From Histomonas meleagridis 2922-C6/04-290x (lineage: Eukaryota; Protista; Parabasalia), in the NCBI GenBank assembly GCA_020184695.1, contig JAANOX010000136.1, positions 62,001 through 126,000 of the forward strand: a stretch of 64,000 nucleotides of DNA. The letters run 5' to 3'. The translations under genes were made by a program, and so were the position numbers. How positions within the stretch are numbered: position 1 is the stretch's first letter; each line of letters opens with the position of its first letter. Below the pieces are notes generated by a model that had not been told where the DNA came from, made no database searches, and saw nothing but the letters and a program-made list of their open reading frames with translations. This document shows, piece after piece, positions 1-10,685 of this stretch.

Positions 1-249
1 GTACTTCTGTCCATGATGACTTGTTTAACCTTTGCAGTGAATCGATGGCCACTATTGTACATTTGCTCTGTTGACATTAACACATTTCACTATGCGATTG
101 CTTCTCCTTTCGTCTCTATGATCACAACAACTTCGTCCACTTCGATTCCGTTCTCAAATCGAAGTATGCCCGGAATCATAACTTTAGCGCCGTGACAGAC
201 AGGGTCGGCGGATGAGTCCTTTATTACACTTCGTTTTAATAATTTGAAA
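1..249 (-). pseudogene. Cbf5/dyskerin (H/ACA pseudouridine synthase) PUA-region fragment with in-frame stops
   Basis: Manual minus-strand translation: [77 protein letters not shown]. It aligns without gaps to the Cbf5 PUA segment ([23 protein letters not shown]...KGEAIA...AKVKRVIMER). TAG TGA lie at 92-87, a stop precedes the fragment, and it runs off the window edge. Confidence 0.75.
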
Positions 250-548
250 TTTCATGGTGATGTTTAGCAATTATTTTTTTACAACACCTTAATAGCATGT
301 TGTATCTAAAAATATTTAAAAATATTTTTTATGCAAGGAGGAATTGATATGAATACTAAATATTTATTTATTTGAAAGTTATAATTTTAAAATTGTTGTT
401 AATTTTTACTAATATTTAGAAAATAAAAAGAAAATTGCATAATTTACTGTAAACAAAATATTTAAATTATTTTTTGGTTCAAAGATATTTTTGTTTGAAA
501 AGTATATTTATATCTGGTCGAAACACTTTTTATCGGATCAGACGACAA

Positions 549-3443
549 ATGGCAATGGATTCTACGATATTTTTCTTATGCATTTTATCTAAGAGTTATT
601 CATTTACTGATGAAACTATATTACTTCAAAATACATATAGCGTTTACAATCAAAAATCTGCTATTTCAAACTTTTTGAATTTTTTCACTATTCGCAAAAA
701 TACATTATATTTTTTGTTTGTAAAAAATCTTTTTTTGATTACTAATATAAATATTCAATTAAACACTCTAAAAAACAATATTTATTTAACAAATCTAGAT
801 TACTTAAAAGAAAATTTTTTTCCTTATTATGAGAATTCTATCTGTAAAATGTTTTATAAATTATTAATTTTATTTTTTTGTGGAATCATCTTATTTTGTA
901 AGATTTCTTCAAATAATTTTTCTACTAGAAATTTAATTCCTTTTATTTTCTCATTATTTTTCATAAAAACATTAGAATCATATAACAAATTAAATAAAAC
1001 ATTAATTATATCTGAACCAAATGATTTTCGTATTTATGAACAATTTAAACATTCTATTAAACACATTATTATTAAAGATGGAATTTTAAATATTCCACCA
1101 AAGGCATTTCGAGAAAGATTCTGCTTTTCCCGGGAACCATTAACTATAGAAATACCAAAATCAGTAAAATCAATTGGAACTGCTGCTTTTGAAGGTGGAG
1201 TTTTTCAATATATAAAAGTGTTCAAAGATAATCCAAATTATTCCAATTATAACAATGATGGAGTATTGTATAATAAAGATATCACGGAAATCATTTGTTA
1301 TCCAATTGGAAACAAGAAAAAAACATTTGAAATACCAAACTCAGTAATTTCTATTGGAGAATATTCATTTTATTTTAGTTTCTTGGAAACAATTAAAATT
1401 GGTAAAAATGTTAAAACAATTGGAAATCGTGCTTTTTATAAATGTTGGTTTTTAAAAAAATTAATTATTCCAAATACAGTTACTTCAATTGGATCTGGTG
1501 TTTTTGGTTATTGTACAAAACTTACTTTCATAAAAGTTTCCAAAGATAATCCAAATTATTCCAATTATAACAATGATGGAGTTTTGTATAATAAAAATTT
1601 TACGGAAATCATTTGTTATCCAATTGGAAACAAGAAAAAAACATTCGAAATACCAAAATCAGTAATTTCTATTGGAGATTATTCATTTTATTTTAGTTTC
1701 TTGGAAACAATTAAAATTGGTAAAAATTTGGAAACAATTGGTAATTATGCGTTTTCTTGTAGTAAATTCCAAATAATTAACATTGGAGAAAAGGTGAGAA
1801 CAATTGGTAATTATGCATTTTCTTGTTGCGAAAAGTTGCGCTCAATAAAATTAGGAAAAAATATTGAAGCAATTGGTAAAAATGCATTTCAAAGATGTTT
1901 TAAATTTCGGAATATTACAATACCAAATTTAGTTAGCTCAATTCAAAAATATACGTTTTCTGAATGTAAAAGGTTAGAAATAGTACAGTTTAGAGAAAAT
2001 ATAAAAACAATTGGGGATTATGCATTCTATAGATGTATATTAAAAAATATCACATTTTCAAATTCAAAAGTTTCTTCTATTAGTAATTTTGCTTTTTATG
2101 AATGTACTGAATTAACAAGTATCATTTTCCCAAACTCATTAATATCAATTGGAAATGAATCATTTCGTTATTGTTTTTATTTAAGAACAGTTATATTTGG
2201 CGAGAAATTGGAAGAAATTGGACGTTTTGCATTTGGATCTTGTGATCTTATAAATGTTACAATTCCTAATTCAGTTTTAACAATTCAACAAGCTGCATTT
2301 TCAAGTAGTCGAATCAACTTAATTAATTTAGGTGAAAATGTACAAACAATTGGTAATTATGCATTTTCAGGATGTTCTTTTATTAACATTACAATTCCAA
2401 AATCAGTTACTTCTATTGGATATGGAGTTTTTGATTATTGTAAAACTCTTCAATTCATAAAAGTATCCAAAGACAATTTATATTATTCTAATTGTAATAA
2501 TGATGGAATTTTATATGATAAAAATATCACAGAAATTATTTGTTATCCAAGTGGAATTAAAAACAAAACATTTGAAATTCCAAACTCAGTAATTTCGATT
2601 GGAGATTATGCATTTGTAAATAGTAAATTAATAAAAAATTTGATTGGAGAAAATATAGAAACAATTGGTAACTATGCATTTACAAAATGTGCGTTCGAAT
2701 CATTTAATATTGGCAAAAATGTAAAAACAATTGGTAAATGTGCATTTTATTTATGTACATTATTAAAAAATGAAAATATTTTAAATTCTGTTTCATCAAT
2801 TGGAAATATGTCTTTTAAAAACAGTGAATTAGATACCATTATAATTGGTGAAAATGTTCAAACAATTGTTAATTATGCATTTTCGGGATGTTCTTTTATT
2901 AACATTACAATTCCAAAATCAGTTACTTCAATTGAATACGATGTTTTTGCATTTTGTAAAAATCTTCAATTCATAAAAGTATCCAAAGACAATTTATATT
3001 ATTCTAATTATAATAATGATGGAATTTTATATAATAAAAATATCACAGAAATTATTCATTATCCAAGTGGAATTAAAAACAATACATTTGAAATTCCAAA
3101 TTCAGTAGTTTCGATTGGAGATTATGCATTTACTTCATGTAATTCATTAACAAATTTAATTATTCCAGGTTCAGTTACTACAATTGGAAAAGATGTTTTC
3201 GAATATTGTGATAAGTTGGAACACATTTATTTTTATGGTGAAACAGAACCTATAATTTTATCAGATGCTTTTCATGTATATTTTGTTGATACTTTAGATT
3301 CGTATCAAAGTACAAAGTTCGGACCATTCACAGTAACACGAAATGTAAAAATTTATCGAGCTCTTCAAAATTACATACGGATACTCACTGTCATGGCAAT
3401 ACTAAAAACCATTTTCTATGTTTTAGCTATTTTATATATGTAA
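549..3443 (+). CDS. BspA-like (TpLRR) leucine-rich-repeat surface protein with hydrophobic N- and C-terminal segments
   Basis: Many TpLRR repeats (IPNSVISIGDYAF / IGKNVKTIGNYAF) and four copies of the KVSKDN..YSNYNNDGVLYNK..TEIICYP insert. The start is uncertain: the ORF track begins at TTG 474 and in-frame ATGs lie at 549 and 849. Confidence 0.85.
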   Translation: MAMDSTIFFLCILSKSYSFTDETILLQNTYSVYNQKSAISNFLNFFTIRKNTLYFLFVKNLFLITNINIQLNTLKNNIYLTNLDYLKENFFPYYENSICKMFYKLLILFFCGIILFCKISSNNFSTRNLIPFIFSLFFIKTLESYNKLNKTLIISEPNDFRIYEQFKHSIKHIIIKDGILNIPPKAFRERFCFSREPLTIEIPKSVKSIGTAAFEGGVFQYIKVFKDNPNYSNYNNDGVLYNKDITEIICYPIGNKKKTFEIPNSVISIGEYSFYFSFLETIKIGKNVKTIGNRAFYKCWFLKKLIIPNTVTSIGSGVFGYCTKLTFIKVSKDNPNYSNYNNDGVLYNKNFTEIICYPIGNKKKTFEIPKSVISIGDYSFYFSFLETIKIGKNLETIGNYAFSCSKFQIINIGEKVRTIGNYAFSCCEKLRSIKLGKNIEAIGKNAFQRCFKFRNITIPNLVSSIQKYTFSECKRLEIVQFRENIKTIGDYAFYRCILKNITFSNSKVSSISNFAFYECTELTSIIFPNSLISIGNESFRYCFYLRTVIFGEKLEEIGRFAFGSCDLINVTIPNSVLTIQQAAFSSSRINLINLGENVQTIGNYAFSGCSFINITIPKSVTSIGYGVFDYCKTLQFIKVSKDNLYYSNCNNDGILYDKNITEIICYPSGIKNKTFEIPNSVISIGDYAFVNSKLIKNLIGENIETIGNYAFTKCAFESFNIGKNVKTIGKCAFYLCTLLKNENILNSVSSIGNMSFKNSELDTIIIGENVQTIVNYAFSGCSFINITIPKSVTSIEYDVFAFCKNLQFIKVSKDNLYYSNYNNDGILYNKNITEIIHYPSGIKNNTFEIPNSVVSIGDYAFTSCNSLTNLIIPGSVTTIGKDVFEYCDKLEHIYFYGETEPIILSDAFHVYFVDTLDSYQSTKFGPFTVTRNVKIYRALQNYIRILTVMAILKTIFYVLAILYM

Positions 3444-3852
3444 TTAATCAATAAACCCAAATGATTTATCTAATTTTGATTAAAACTTTTTAAATTTTCC
3501 AAATTCAAGGAACAATAAAAACAATTTGTAAAATGCGATGTGGTACAGCCAATCTAATTAGGGTTTTATCTTTACTACATTACGCTCATATTTGATATTT
3601 AAATCCAGAATACACAAACCCATATAAATTGTATCGTATGGAGAACGTTTAACCCAAAATATTTAACGTCCGCTTCACTCCATTGAGTCCAAACTCTGCT
3701 ACAAACGCCAAATCGCAGCGTTTCATGTTCCGTTTGCACTGCCGAACACCGTTTACTCTACTGCAAAAATTACAGTTTGCATCGAATATCTTCTAATTTT
3801 CAGATTTCACATTTCAAACACATTTTCTTATCCAAAATCAAAAAAATCAAAT

Positions 3853-4845
3853 TTATTCAGCATCAATGATTCCTCCGTTCGATATTGCAAACATTGCTTC
3901 TGACTCAGGAAGCGATGGCGAGTCGTATATCTTGCAGATACGCGTTTCGCCTCTTCCCTTCCTCAGGTACAGCCTCGTCTGGCTTGCGTGCGCCATGATG
4001 TTACCTCCGATTGGCTTCTTCGGATCGGCCGCGAACATGCAGCTTCCGTCGACCTGCGCCACGACCTGGTTTGTGATCAGGACGGCGATTCCGTACTCGT
4101 CCGCAAGCCGCTGTATACCTCTTAGAAATTGCCCCAAATGCATTTGTCGTGCGCTAAGTTCTCCACGTCCGCTGTAGTCAGTTCGGTATAAGTTTGTGGA
4201 CGAGTCGACAATAAGTAGCGCGTAATGTGATTCGGCCATCATCGCTGAGGCTGTGACTAAAAGTTGCATCTGATGATCTGTGTTATATGCACGTGCATAC
4301 GCAATGTTTTCCATGACATCGTTGGGGTCTAAACCAAACCTTTCGGCAATGGGAATAATTCTTTCGGTACGAAATGTTCCTTCAGTATCAATCCATAAAC
4401 ATTTGCCTTGTGCACCACCTTCTTCGATTTGCAATTGACATGTAACGGCTAATGTATGGCATAGCTGTGTTTTACCTGTTCGAAATTCCCCAAATACTTC
4501 GGTGACTGAACCTGTTTCAATTCCTCCGCCAAGTAACTTGTCGAGTTCAGTGGAGCCTGTTTTAATGTATATCATATCTTGCCTGCGTTGGTTATATTCA
4601 ATAGCAGATGAAAATCCCATCGGAACTAATTGAGCGGCTGCTGCAATAATTTTGTCTGCCTTGACTTCGGTGATTCCTTTGACATCTACAATTTGTTTAC
4701 GTGTAGAAAAGGCAATTGACTCAACTGTATTAAATCCATTTTCTTGTAGCTTCTTAATATCCGCTGCTGCAATGCCAACGCTCTCTAATGACTTAATAGA
4801 GATTGGCCCGGACATTTGTTGCTCTTCGATCGCTTGAGATTTCAT
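3853..4845 (-). CDS. RAD51: DNA recombinase Rad51
   Basis: Walker [34 protein letters not shown] (Rad51-type rather than Dmc1-type), [18 protein letters not shown]. Confidence 0.96.
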   Translation of the reverse strand: MKSQAIEEQQMSGPISIKSLESVGIAAADIKKLQENGFNTVESIAFSTRKQIVDVKGITEVKADKIIAAAAQLVPMGFSSAIEYNQRRQDMIYIKTGSTELDKLLGGGIETGSVTEVFGEFRTGKTQLCHTLAVTCQLQIEEGGAQGKCLWIDTEGTFRTERIIPIAERFGLDPNDVMENIAYARAYNTDHQMQLLVTASAMMAESHYALLIVDSSTNLYRTDYSGRGELSARQMHLGQFLRGIQRLADEYGIAVLITNQVVAQVDGSCMFAADPKKPIGGNIMAHASQTRLYLRKGRGETRICKIYDSPSLPESEAMFAISNGGIIDAE

Positions 4846-5289
4846 TTTAATATGATCTGATCCAAAAAGGAATTGATTTTTGCATTTAAATGGTTTACAT
4901 TAGTTCCTCTTGTACTTCACTTTGATTTGACTGAACTCATTGAAAATATTGAATACTTTATTTTGTGGTAAATTTTCTTCATTTCCCGATGTTACCAATA
5001 TATATTATAAAGCATATATTAGTGAATAAATAATTACTAATTGTAATATGAACTTATTATTATGTTCTGAAGTCAAATTGATAAATTAACAAATTAAATA
5101 TTTCGAAATAAAATATTCCGAAAGAGTACAGTTTTGATGTAATCAATAAAAAATTAGTTTTTCTTATCTGATATTAATAAACAGGTGTAAGTTTTTCCCA
5201 TGGAGATGTTTCACCTTGGCGTAAAGTATTCAATTTCATCCGCTGGCCAGTGAAAACCGTTTATCTCATTACTTTTTTCAGTTATTTTG

Positions 5290-5949
5290 ATGAGAGCCAA
5301 AATTTGCCCATCGATTCTGTCCGCCGATTTCTCAAAGCTCGGCGAAGAGTGCAACAAAGTTATTAAGTACGGAGCTGACTGGATCCACGTTGATGTTATG
5401 GATGGACATTTTGTTCCAAATCTTACAATCGGTGCACCAGTTGTGAGCTCTCTCCACAAGGCATGTTCCGGATTTCTCGATGTGCACCTTATGGTTGAGA
5501 AGCCAGAAGTTTATGTCCAGCCAATGAGCAAGGCAGGAGCTCATCAATTTACATTCCATATAGAAGCAACAAATGACGCCGAGGCTTTGATCAACGACAT
5601 CCATAACAACGGAATGAGAGCAGCAATCGCAGTCAAGCCAAAGACTCCAATCGATTCTGTTTTCCCATATCTCGAAAAAGTCGACATGATCCTTGTGATG
5701 ACAGTGGAGCCTGGATTCGGCGGACAGTCGTTCATGTACGACATGATGGATAAGGTGAAGACAATCCGTGAAAAATGTCCAAATCTCGACATCCAAGTCG
5801 ACGGCGGACTGAATCTCCAAACAATAGACACCGCTGCCGAGGCCGGCGCTAACTGCATTGTTGCTGGAGCAATCTTTAGGACTGATGATCCAATTGGAAT
5901 GATCAAAAAACTTCGTGAATCAGTGGAAAGAAGTGGACGCAAACAATGA
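5290..5949 (+). CDS. RPE: Ribulose-phosphate 3-epimerase
   Basis: ICPSILSADF, HVDVMDGHFVPNLTIG, DVHLMV, MTVEPGFGGQSF, IQVDGG motifs. ATG at 5290. Confidence 0.96.
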   Translation: MRAKICPSILSADFSKLGEECNKVIKYGADWIHVDVMDGHFVPNLTIGAPVVSSLHKACSGFLDVHLMVEKPEVYVQPMSKAGAHQFTFHIEATNDAEALINDIHNNGMRAAIAVKPKTPIDSVFPYLEKVDMILVMTVEPGFGGQSFMYDMMDKVKTIREKCPNLDIQVDGGLNLQTIDTAAEAGANCIVAGAIFRTDDPIGMIKKLRESVERSGRKQ

Positions 5950-6294
5950 AAAGAATTAGTTACTAAAGAATGCTTTGGAAGTTCTTCTTTTTTTTACAAA
6001 TTGGAAAGTTAATGCAACTGTTCCAATGTGCATTTGTCTCAAAAGGTATAGCACTTAATAATGAATAAAAAAAAATGTGAATTGTGAGAAAATGAAATTA
6101 ACTGATTAAGTTGCAATAGTTCGTTTTCGTGATATTTCTTCACTATAACCAATGTGTAAGTCATGAAATATGCGCATTTCTTGGTTAAAGATGTCCATGA
6201 GCTATAAATGGCTTTTCGATATGAAAATGAATAATGAAAAGTGTTTTGACACTTTTGAGCTCGAAATTGCAGACCAAAAAGAAGAAACAAATTA

Positions 6295-7611
6295 ATGTCA
6301 CACAAAGCGCAAAAGCGGCATAAGCCAGATGACATGCCGAAACCACCAACATTGAATGTGCGCACGTGTTCCACTTGTCACAGAGACATATCTAATGAAA
6401 TCTATGTGAAATGTGCACGTTGCTCAGGTTTTAACCAATGCCTCGAGTGCTTTTCCATAGGTGCTGAAGCTCAAAGCCATCTAAAAACGCATCCTTTTGT
6501 AATTCTAGAACCAATTCTTCAACCAATATTTCAAAAAGGATGGACAGCCGAAGAAGAAATTCTTCTGCTTAACGCCATTCAATCATGTGGTCTTGGTAAC
6601 TGGCATGAGATTTCCGATGTCATTAAGACAAAAACTCCTGTTGAATGTGAAACTCATTATTTCGATACGTTTGTTGAATCGCCAATTGCTCCACTACCAC
6701 AAAACAAAATCATCAAAGAGTCTGTTCTTCCACCACCACCAGATTTTGATACTTCTCCACGCGAATCTCGTCCGTCAATATCACATGAGAAAAATCTTGC
6801 GGAGCGTAACAAGAAAGAGCGTACTACGCCAGCAGAGTTTGCAGGATGGATGCCACGTCGACACGAGTTTGAAGTCGAATATATGAATGATGCCGAACAA
6901 TTAGTATCTTCAATATCATTTTCGGAGACCGAAGAAACTGAAGAGTCGCTTGCAAAGAAACTTAAGTCGTTACGCGTATACAATGAACAACTTGAGGAAC
7001 GACATTTGCGGACTCAGTTTGCCGAAGATTACGATTTGCTCGATCACGATTTCAGATCTTTTGGTGGGAAAACTAAGCAAGAACGTGAAATTGAAGAACA
7101 ACTTCTTCCTCTTGCGCAAGTTCTCCCTAAGAATGAACTTGTCTCATTCATCGAATCATATGAAGAAGAAATGAGATTACGCGAACAATTAGAAACGCTT
7201 AAAAATTGGCGAATGAATGGTGTCTCAACTCATGGTGAAGGAGCACTCTTTAATCAACTTGATGCACTTGTCCGTGAAGATAGACTATCAGTTTCTGCTG
7301 TCGATAAATGGAACAGAGAATTTTTGTCATACACAGAATCATCTTTTAGAACAACTCTCGATAGACAGCTCCTTAATCCAGAGGAAAACCAAATATGTAT
7401 GATACTGTCAATCTCACCACAGAGTTACCTAATGATAAAGGACTGCCTGCTGCAGGAGTTCGAAACTTCAGGAAAAATGACATCAAAAATGGCTGTTTCC
7501 TTGATGCCAAAAAGAGAGACCGTTATGAAAACAATTTATGAATATTTAAAGAAAGTGGGATTGTTCAACAAGAAAGATGAAGAAGTTGAAGAGACTGAAG
7601 GATTAGATTAA
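6295..7611 (+). CDS. ADA2: Transcriptional adaptor Ada2 (ZZ zinc finger, SANT, SWIRM-like C-terminus)
   Basis: CxxC ZZ finger, WTAEEEILLLNAIQSCGLGNW SANT domain, GWMPRRHEFEVEYMNDAE motif typical of Ada2. Confidence 0.88.
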   Translation: MSHKAQKRHKPDDMPKPPTLNVRTCSTCHRDISNEIYVKCARCSGFNQCLECFSIGAEAQSHLKTHPFVILEPILQPIFQKGWTAEEEILLLNAIQSCGLGNWHEISDVIKTKTPVECETHYFDTFVESPIAPLPQNKIIKESVLPPPPDFDTSPRESRPSISHEKNLAERNKKERTTPAEFAGWMPRRHEFEVEYMNDAEQLVSSISFSETEETEESLAKKLKSLRVYNEQLEERHLRTQFAEDYDLLDHDFRSFGGKTKQEREIEEQLLPLAQVLPKNELVSFIESYEEEMRLREQLETLKNWRMNGVSTHGEGALFNQLDALVREDRLSVSAVDKWNREFLSYTESSFRTTLDRQLLNPEENQICMILSISPQSYLMIKDCLLQEFETSGKMTSKMAVSLMPKRETVMKTIYEYLKKVGLFNKKDEEVEETEGLD

Positions 7612-7822
7612 TTTGTTTTTTTGTGTATTTGTTTAAACAATATGTTTTCATATAAGAAATTCTTAAATTCTAAATATAGCTACAATATGTTAATGAAATC
7701 TAATATAAATTTATTCAAACAGTTTTGATTCATTGCAAATAAAATCATTTTGTTAAAAAAAAAAAAAATAGAAAATTGGGGTACCCTGATCAACCGAAAA
7801 GTGACCATGTTAGCCTTTTCCA

Positions 7823-8473
7823 ATGAAGGCACAACGATGCACAAAGGTTCGTAGAATCATAGAAACCGGCCTTTTCTATGCCGAACTTAACGAATTGTTT
7901 ACACGTGAATTGGCTGCTGATGGTTATGGCGGTTGCGAAGTTCGTACAACACCATCACGTACAGAAATCATCATCAAGGCCTCCAACACAAAACTCTTTG
8001 TTGATAACAATGGTCGCCGCCTTCAAGAAATCCGCATGATGGTTTTAAAGAGATGGCACATTAAGGATGACCAACTTGAAATCTTCATCGATCGTATCCA
8101 ACGCCGTGGACTTTCCGCTCTCAACCAACTCGAATCCCTTCGTTTCAAGCTTGTTAACCGTATCCCAGCTCGTCGTGCTGCTTATTCCATCATCCGTTTT
8201 GTTATGGATGCAGGTGCACGTGGTTGCGAAGTAGTTATCTCAGGTAAAATGAGGTCAGCTCGTGCTGCTGCTATGAAATTCCGTGAAGGTTATATGGTTA
8301 AGAGTGGTGATGTTTCACAAAAGTATGTATTAAAGGCTGTTGGCCATATCCCAATGAAGCAAGCCGTTGTTGGTATCCGCGTCCTCATTATGTTAGCACA
8401 TGATCCACAAGGCATTACTGGTCCACGTGAACCACAACCAGATGTCATCAAAGTTCATGAAGCTAAAGATTAA
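7823..8473 (+). CDS. RPS3: 40S ribosomal protein S3 (uS3)
   Basis: FYAELNELFTRELAADGYGGCEVR, GARGCEVVISGK, MKFREGYM motifs. Confidence 0.96.
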   Translation: MKAQRCTKVRRIIETGLFYAELNELFTRELAADGYGGCEVRTTPSRTEIIIKASNTKLFVDNNGRRLQEIRMMVLKRWHIKDDQLEIFIDRIQRRGLSALNQLESLRFKLVNRIPARRAAYSIIRFVMDAGARGCEVVISGKMRSARAAAMKFREGYMVKSGDVSQKYVLKAVGHIPMKQAVVGIRVLIMLAHDPQGITGPREPQPDVIKVHEAKD

Positions 8474-8540
8474 ACGTTTTTCTTCACAATTTTTTTCTGA
8501 TAAATTCTGATGTTTACAAATCATCACTAGGGGTTACAGA

Positions 8541-10550
8541 ATGGAATTCCTCAATTGTGCGAATTCCCCATTTAAATTTTCTTACCCCATTTTTTGCACA
8601 CGTGGGAGTTCTCCTCAAGAATCGCGGTATTACATTGCTGATATAATTGATTCACCATCAACTTTAATTATTTCAAGAGGTCGATTTTTTGATCAACTCA
8701 TACGTTGTAAAGCAAAATTTACGACCTTTGATGTTGTTTATCAGACGCGTATACCAGAAAGAATATATTTTGTTTCAGCAGACCAAAGTCGAACAATGTT
8801 TTTAATTGTTCTCATGCGTTTTGGGGATGGAATTGATACTCGCACAAATTATTGTTCAATTTTTGTTCATTGCAATGATGGAAATAATATTTCTTGTCCA
8901 ATTTCTAAGCGATCAGATTATCCACAAATTGTTTCTTGGTCAAATCAAACAGATTCGGATGTTTTTGTATACACAGCATTCAACGAAGAAATTAGTTCAT
9001 ATAAACTCGTTTATAATGAAGCACGACTCAATTTCAAAATCGTTTTTCAACAAAGTATTGGTGATTTTTATACGTTTCGTTCTTCTTACGTTTCCGGGGC
9101 ACCCTTTTATACGTTAGTTTCCAGGGGTGCCTCACAAGGTAAACACGTGCAATTGAAAGACTATTCAAAATCGGGGAACCCCTCGCAAAAGCAATTAACT
9201 CTTCCCAAATTTCGTCTTGCTGAAAACGACGAATTCAAAATCTTCAGGGATATCAAGCAACAATATGGTTCTCAGCGTTGTGTTCTTTTTACCAATAATA
9301 ATCATTTAATTATTATTCTTCCTCTTTCACAATATTACTTACAAGTACCTCTTGATTACTTACCAAAAGTAGAAACCGGGGATCCTGAAAAAAATCGTCT
9401 AGAAAAGGCAAGAAGTAGGATTAATTTTGATCCAATCTATGCTTATTTACAACCATTTACTAAATTACCATTTTCTGCTTACATCAATGGGTTCTTCATA
9501 ATCGCAGCACCCAAATCCCATATAACCACATTTCTAGTTGATCATAGAAATAATCCACGATATCTCATTCAAACCAAAATTCCATCTGATGACATTCATA
9601 TGATGAGTTCCTTTTCTTACTTACCCCGATATGCACTTTCCCAAACGACAGGACAAATTTTTCAATGTGATCTTAATTATGACTTTTTCATCAAAGAAGA
9701 TCCCAAATATATTATACCACTTCTTCATACTCTTGATTTCAATCATATTGATCGATTTGATTTCACGAGTATTCTTAATGAATCATGTCTTGAAACTTTT
9801 TGGAATTGCGACATCTATAATGAGTTATTACTTTTATATTTCATATATCATTGTAAAAAGGTGAATGCGCCGTGTAAAATCTGCACGACATTTGCGAAGC
9901 CGTATGTTTCTGTTTGTGATCCTAATGTTAAGTTCGAAAGTTATGGGATTCAAATCACTCAAACATTTAATGTTAATGATATCATTACGTCATTTCCAAT
10001 GTTATGTAAGAACAAACAAGTCTACAACGAATTCCCAACGGATGTTACCAACTATGTAACACTTTCACGTTATTTATTTGATATCTTAGAGAACAAAGAT
10101 CCGAATAATACAAAAGGTGAACATTTGGATTGTCCGTTCTTTAACTATGAAAATTATCATAACGAAATACGTTTTCCTGTTATGTTACAAATTGCAGCGA
10201 TGAAATATTGTTTTGGTACACCAAATAATAAATGTAATAACGATTTCATTAAAGAAGAAGTTTTCCCTAAAGAAACAAATAAAGAAGAAATAGAATACTT
10301 ATGCGTAGGTGATATGTTACCTTTGGATTGTATTAGGAAAAGAAAATGTTACAATGAAAATGTTGTCGAAAAAAGAAAATTTTGGAAAATAAAATGCGAA
10401 CTAATTGAGAAAAATGTCGATTTGGTGCCTTCGAAGGCTGTAAATGGATTGGAAAATGTAACAAAACTTTTTGCCGAATGTTTATGCGATGGAAAAGAAA
10501 CAGAAAAATATAACGAATTGATGGGATTCTTCAATAATATGTATTTGTAA
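8541..10550 (+). CDS. Hypothetical protein, 669 aa
   Basis: Long uninterrupted ATG-initiated ORF with coding-like composition. No family recognised. Confidence 0.75.
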   Translation: MEFLNCANSPFKFSYPIFCTRGSSPQESRYYIADIIDSPSTLIISRGRFFDQLIRCKAKFTTFDVVYQTRIPERIYFVSADQSRTMFLIVLMRFGDGIDTRTNYCSIFVHCNDGNNISCPISKRSDYPQIVSWSNQTDSDVFVYTAFNEEISSYKLVYNEARLNFKIVFQQSIGDFYTFRSSYVSGAPFYTLVSRGASQGKHVQLKDYSKSGNPSQKQLTLPKFRLAENDEFKIFRDIKQQYGSQRCVLFTNNNHLIIILPLSQYYLQVPLDYLPKVETGDPEKNRLEKARSRINFDPIYAYLQPFTKLPFSAYINGFFIIAAPKSHITTFLVDHRNNPRYLIQTKIPSDDIHMMSSFSYLPRYALSQTTGQIFQCDLNYDFFIKEDPKYIIPLLHTLDFNHIDRFDFTSILNESCLETFWNCDIYNELLLLYFIYHCKKVNAPCKICTTFAKPYVSVCDPNVKFESYGIQITQTFNVNDIITSFPMLCKNKQVYNEFPTDVTNYVTLSRYLFDILENKDPNNTKGEHLDCPFFNYENYHNEIRFPVMLQIAAMKYCFGTPNNKCNNDFIKEEVFPKETNKEEIEYLCVGDMLPLDCIRKRKCYNENVVEKRKFWKIKCELIEKNVDLVPSKAVNGLENVTKLFAECLCDGKETEKYNELMGFFNNMYL

Positions 10551-10685
10551 AAATATTATTTAGAAATTTTTGTTTAAATACAATTTTATGCGTTCTTTCG
10601 GATATGTGAATTATAAATTGAAACTCAAATTGTTATGCTATAGATTAATAAAAAGGTGAGAAAACATTCAATGTTATAAGATAGC

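Noticed and set aside
3640-3790. GC-richer island downstream of RAD51 (possible ncRNA)
   Set aside because: No tRNA, snRNA or snoRNA box pattern and no convincing ORF could be identified by eye.
5332-5942. Antisense ORFs over RPE, and similar shadow ORFs over RAD51, ADA2, MetRS and IFT70
   Set aside because: They overlap well-supported genes on the opposite strand or in another frame and show no recognisable motifs.
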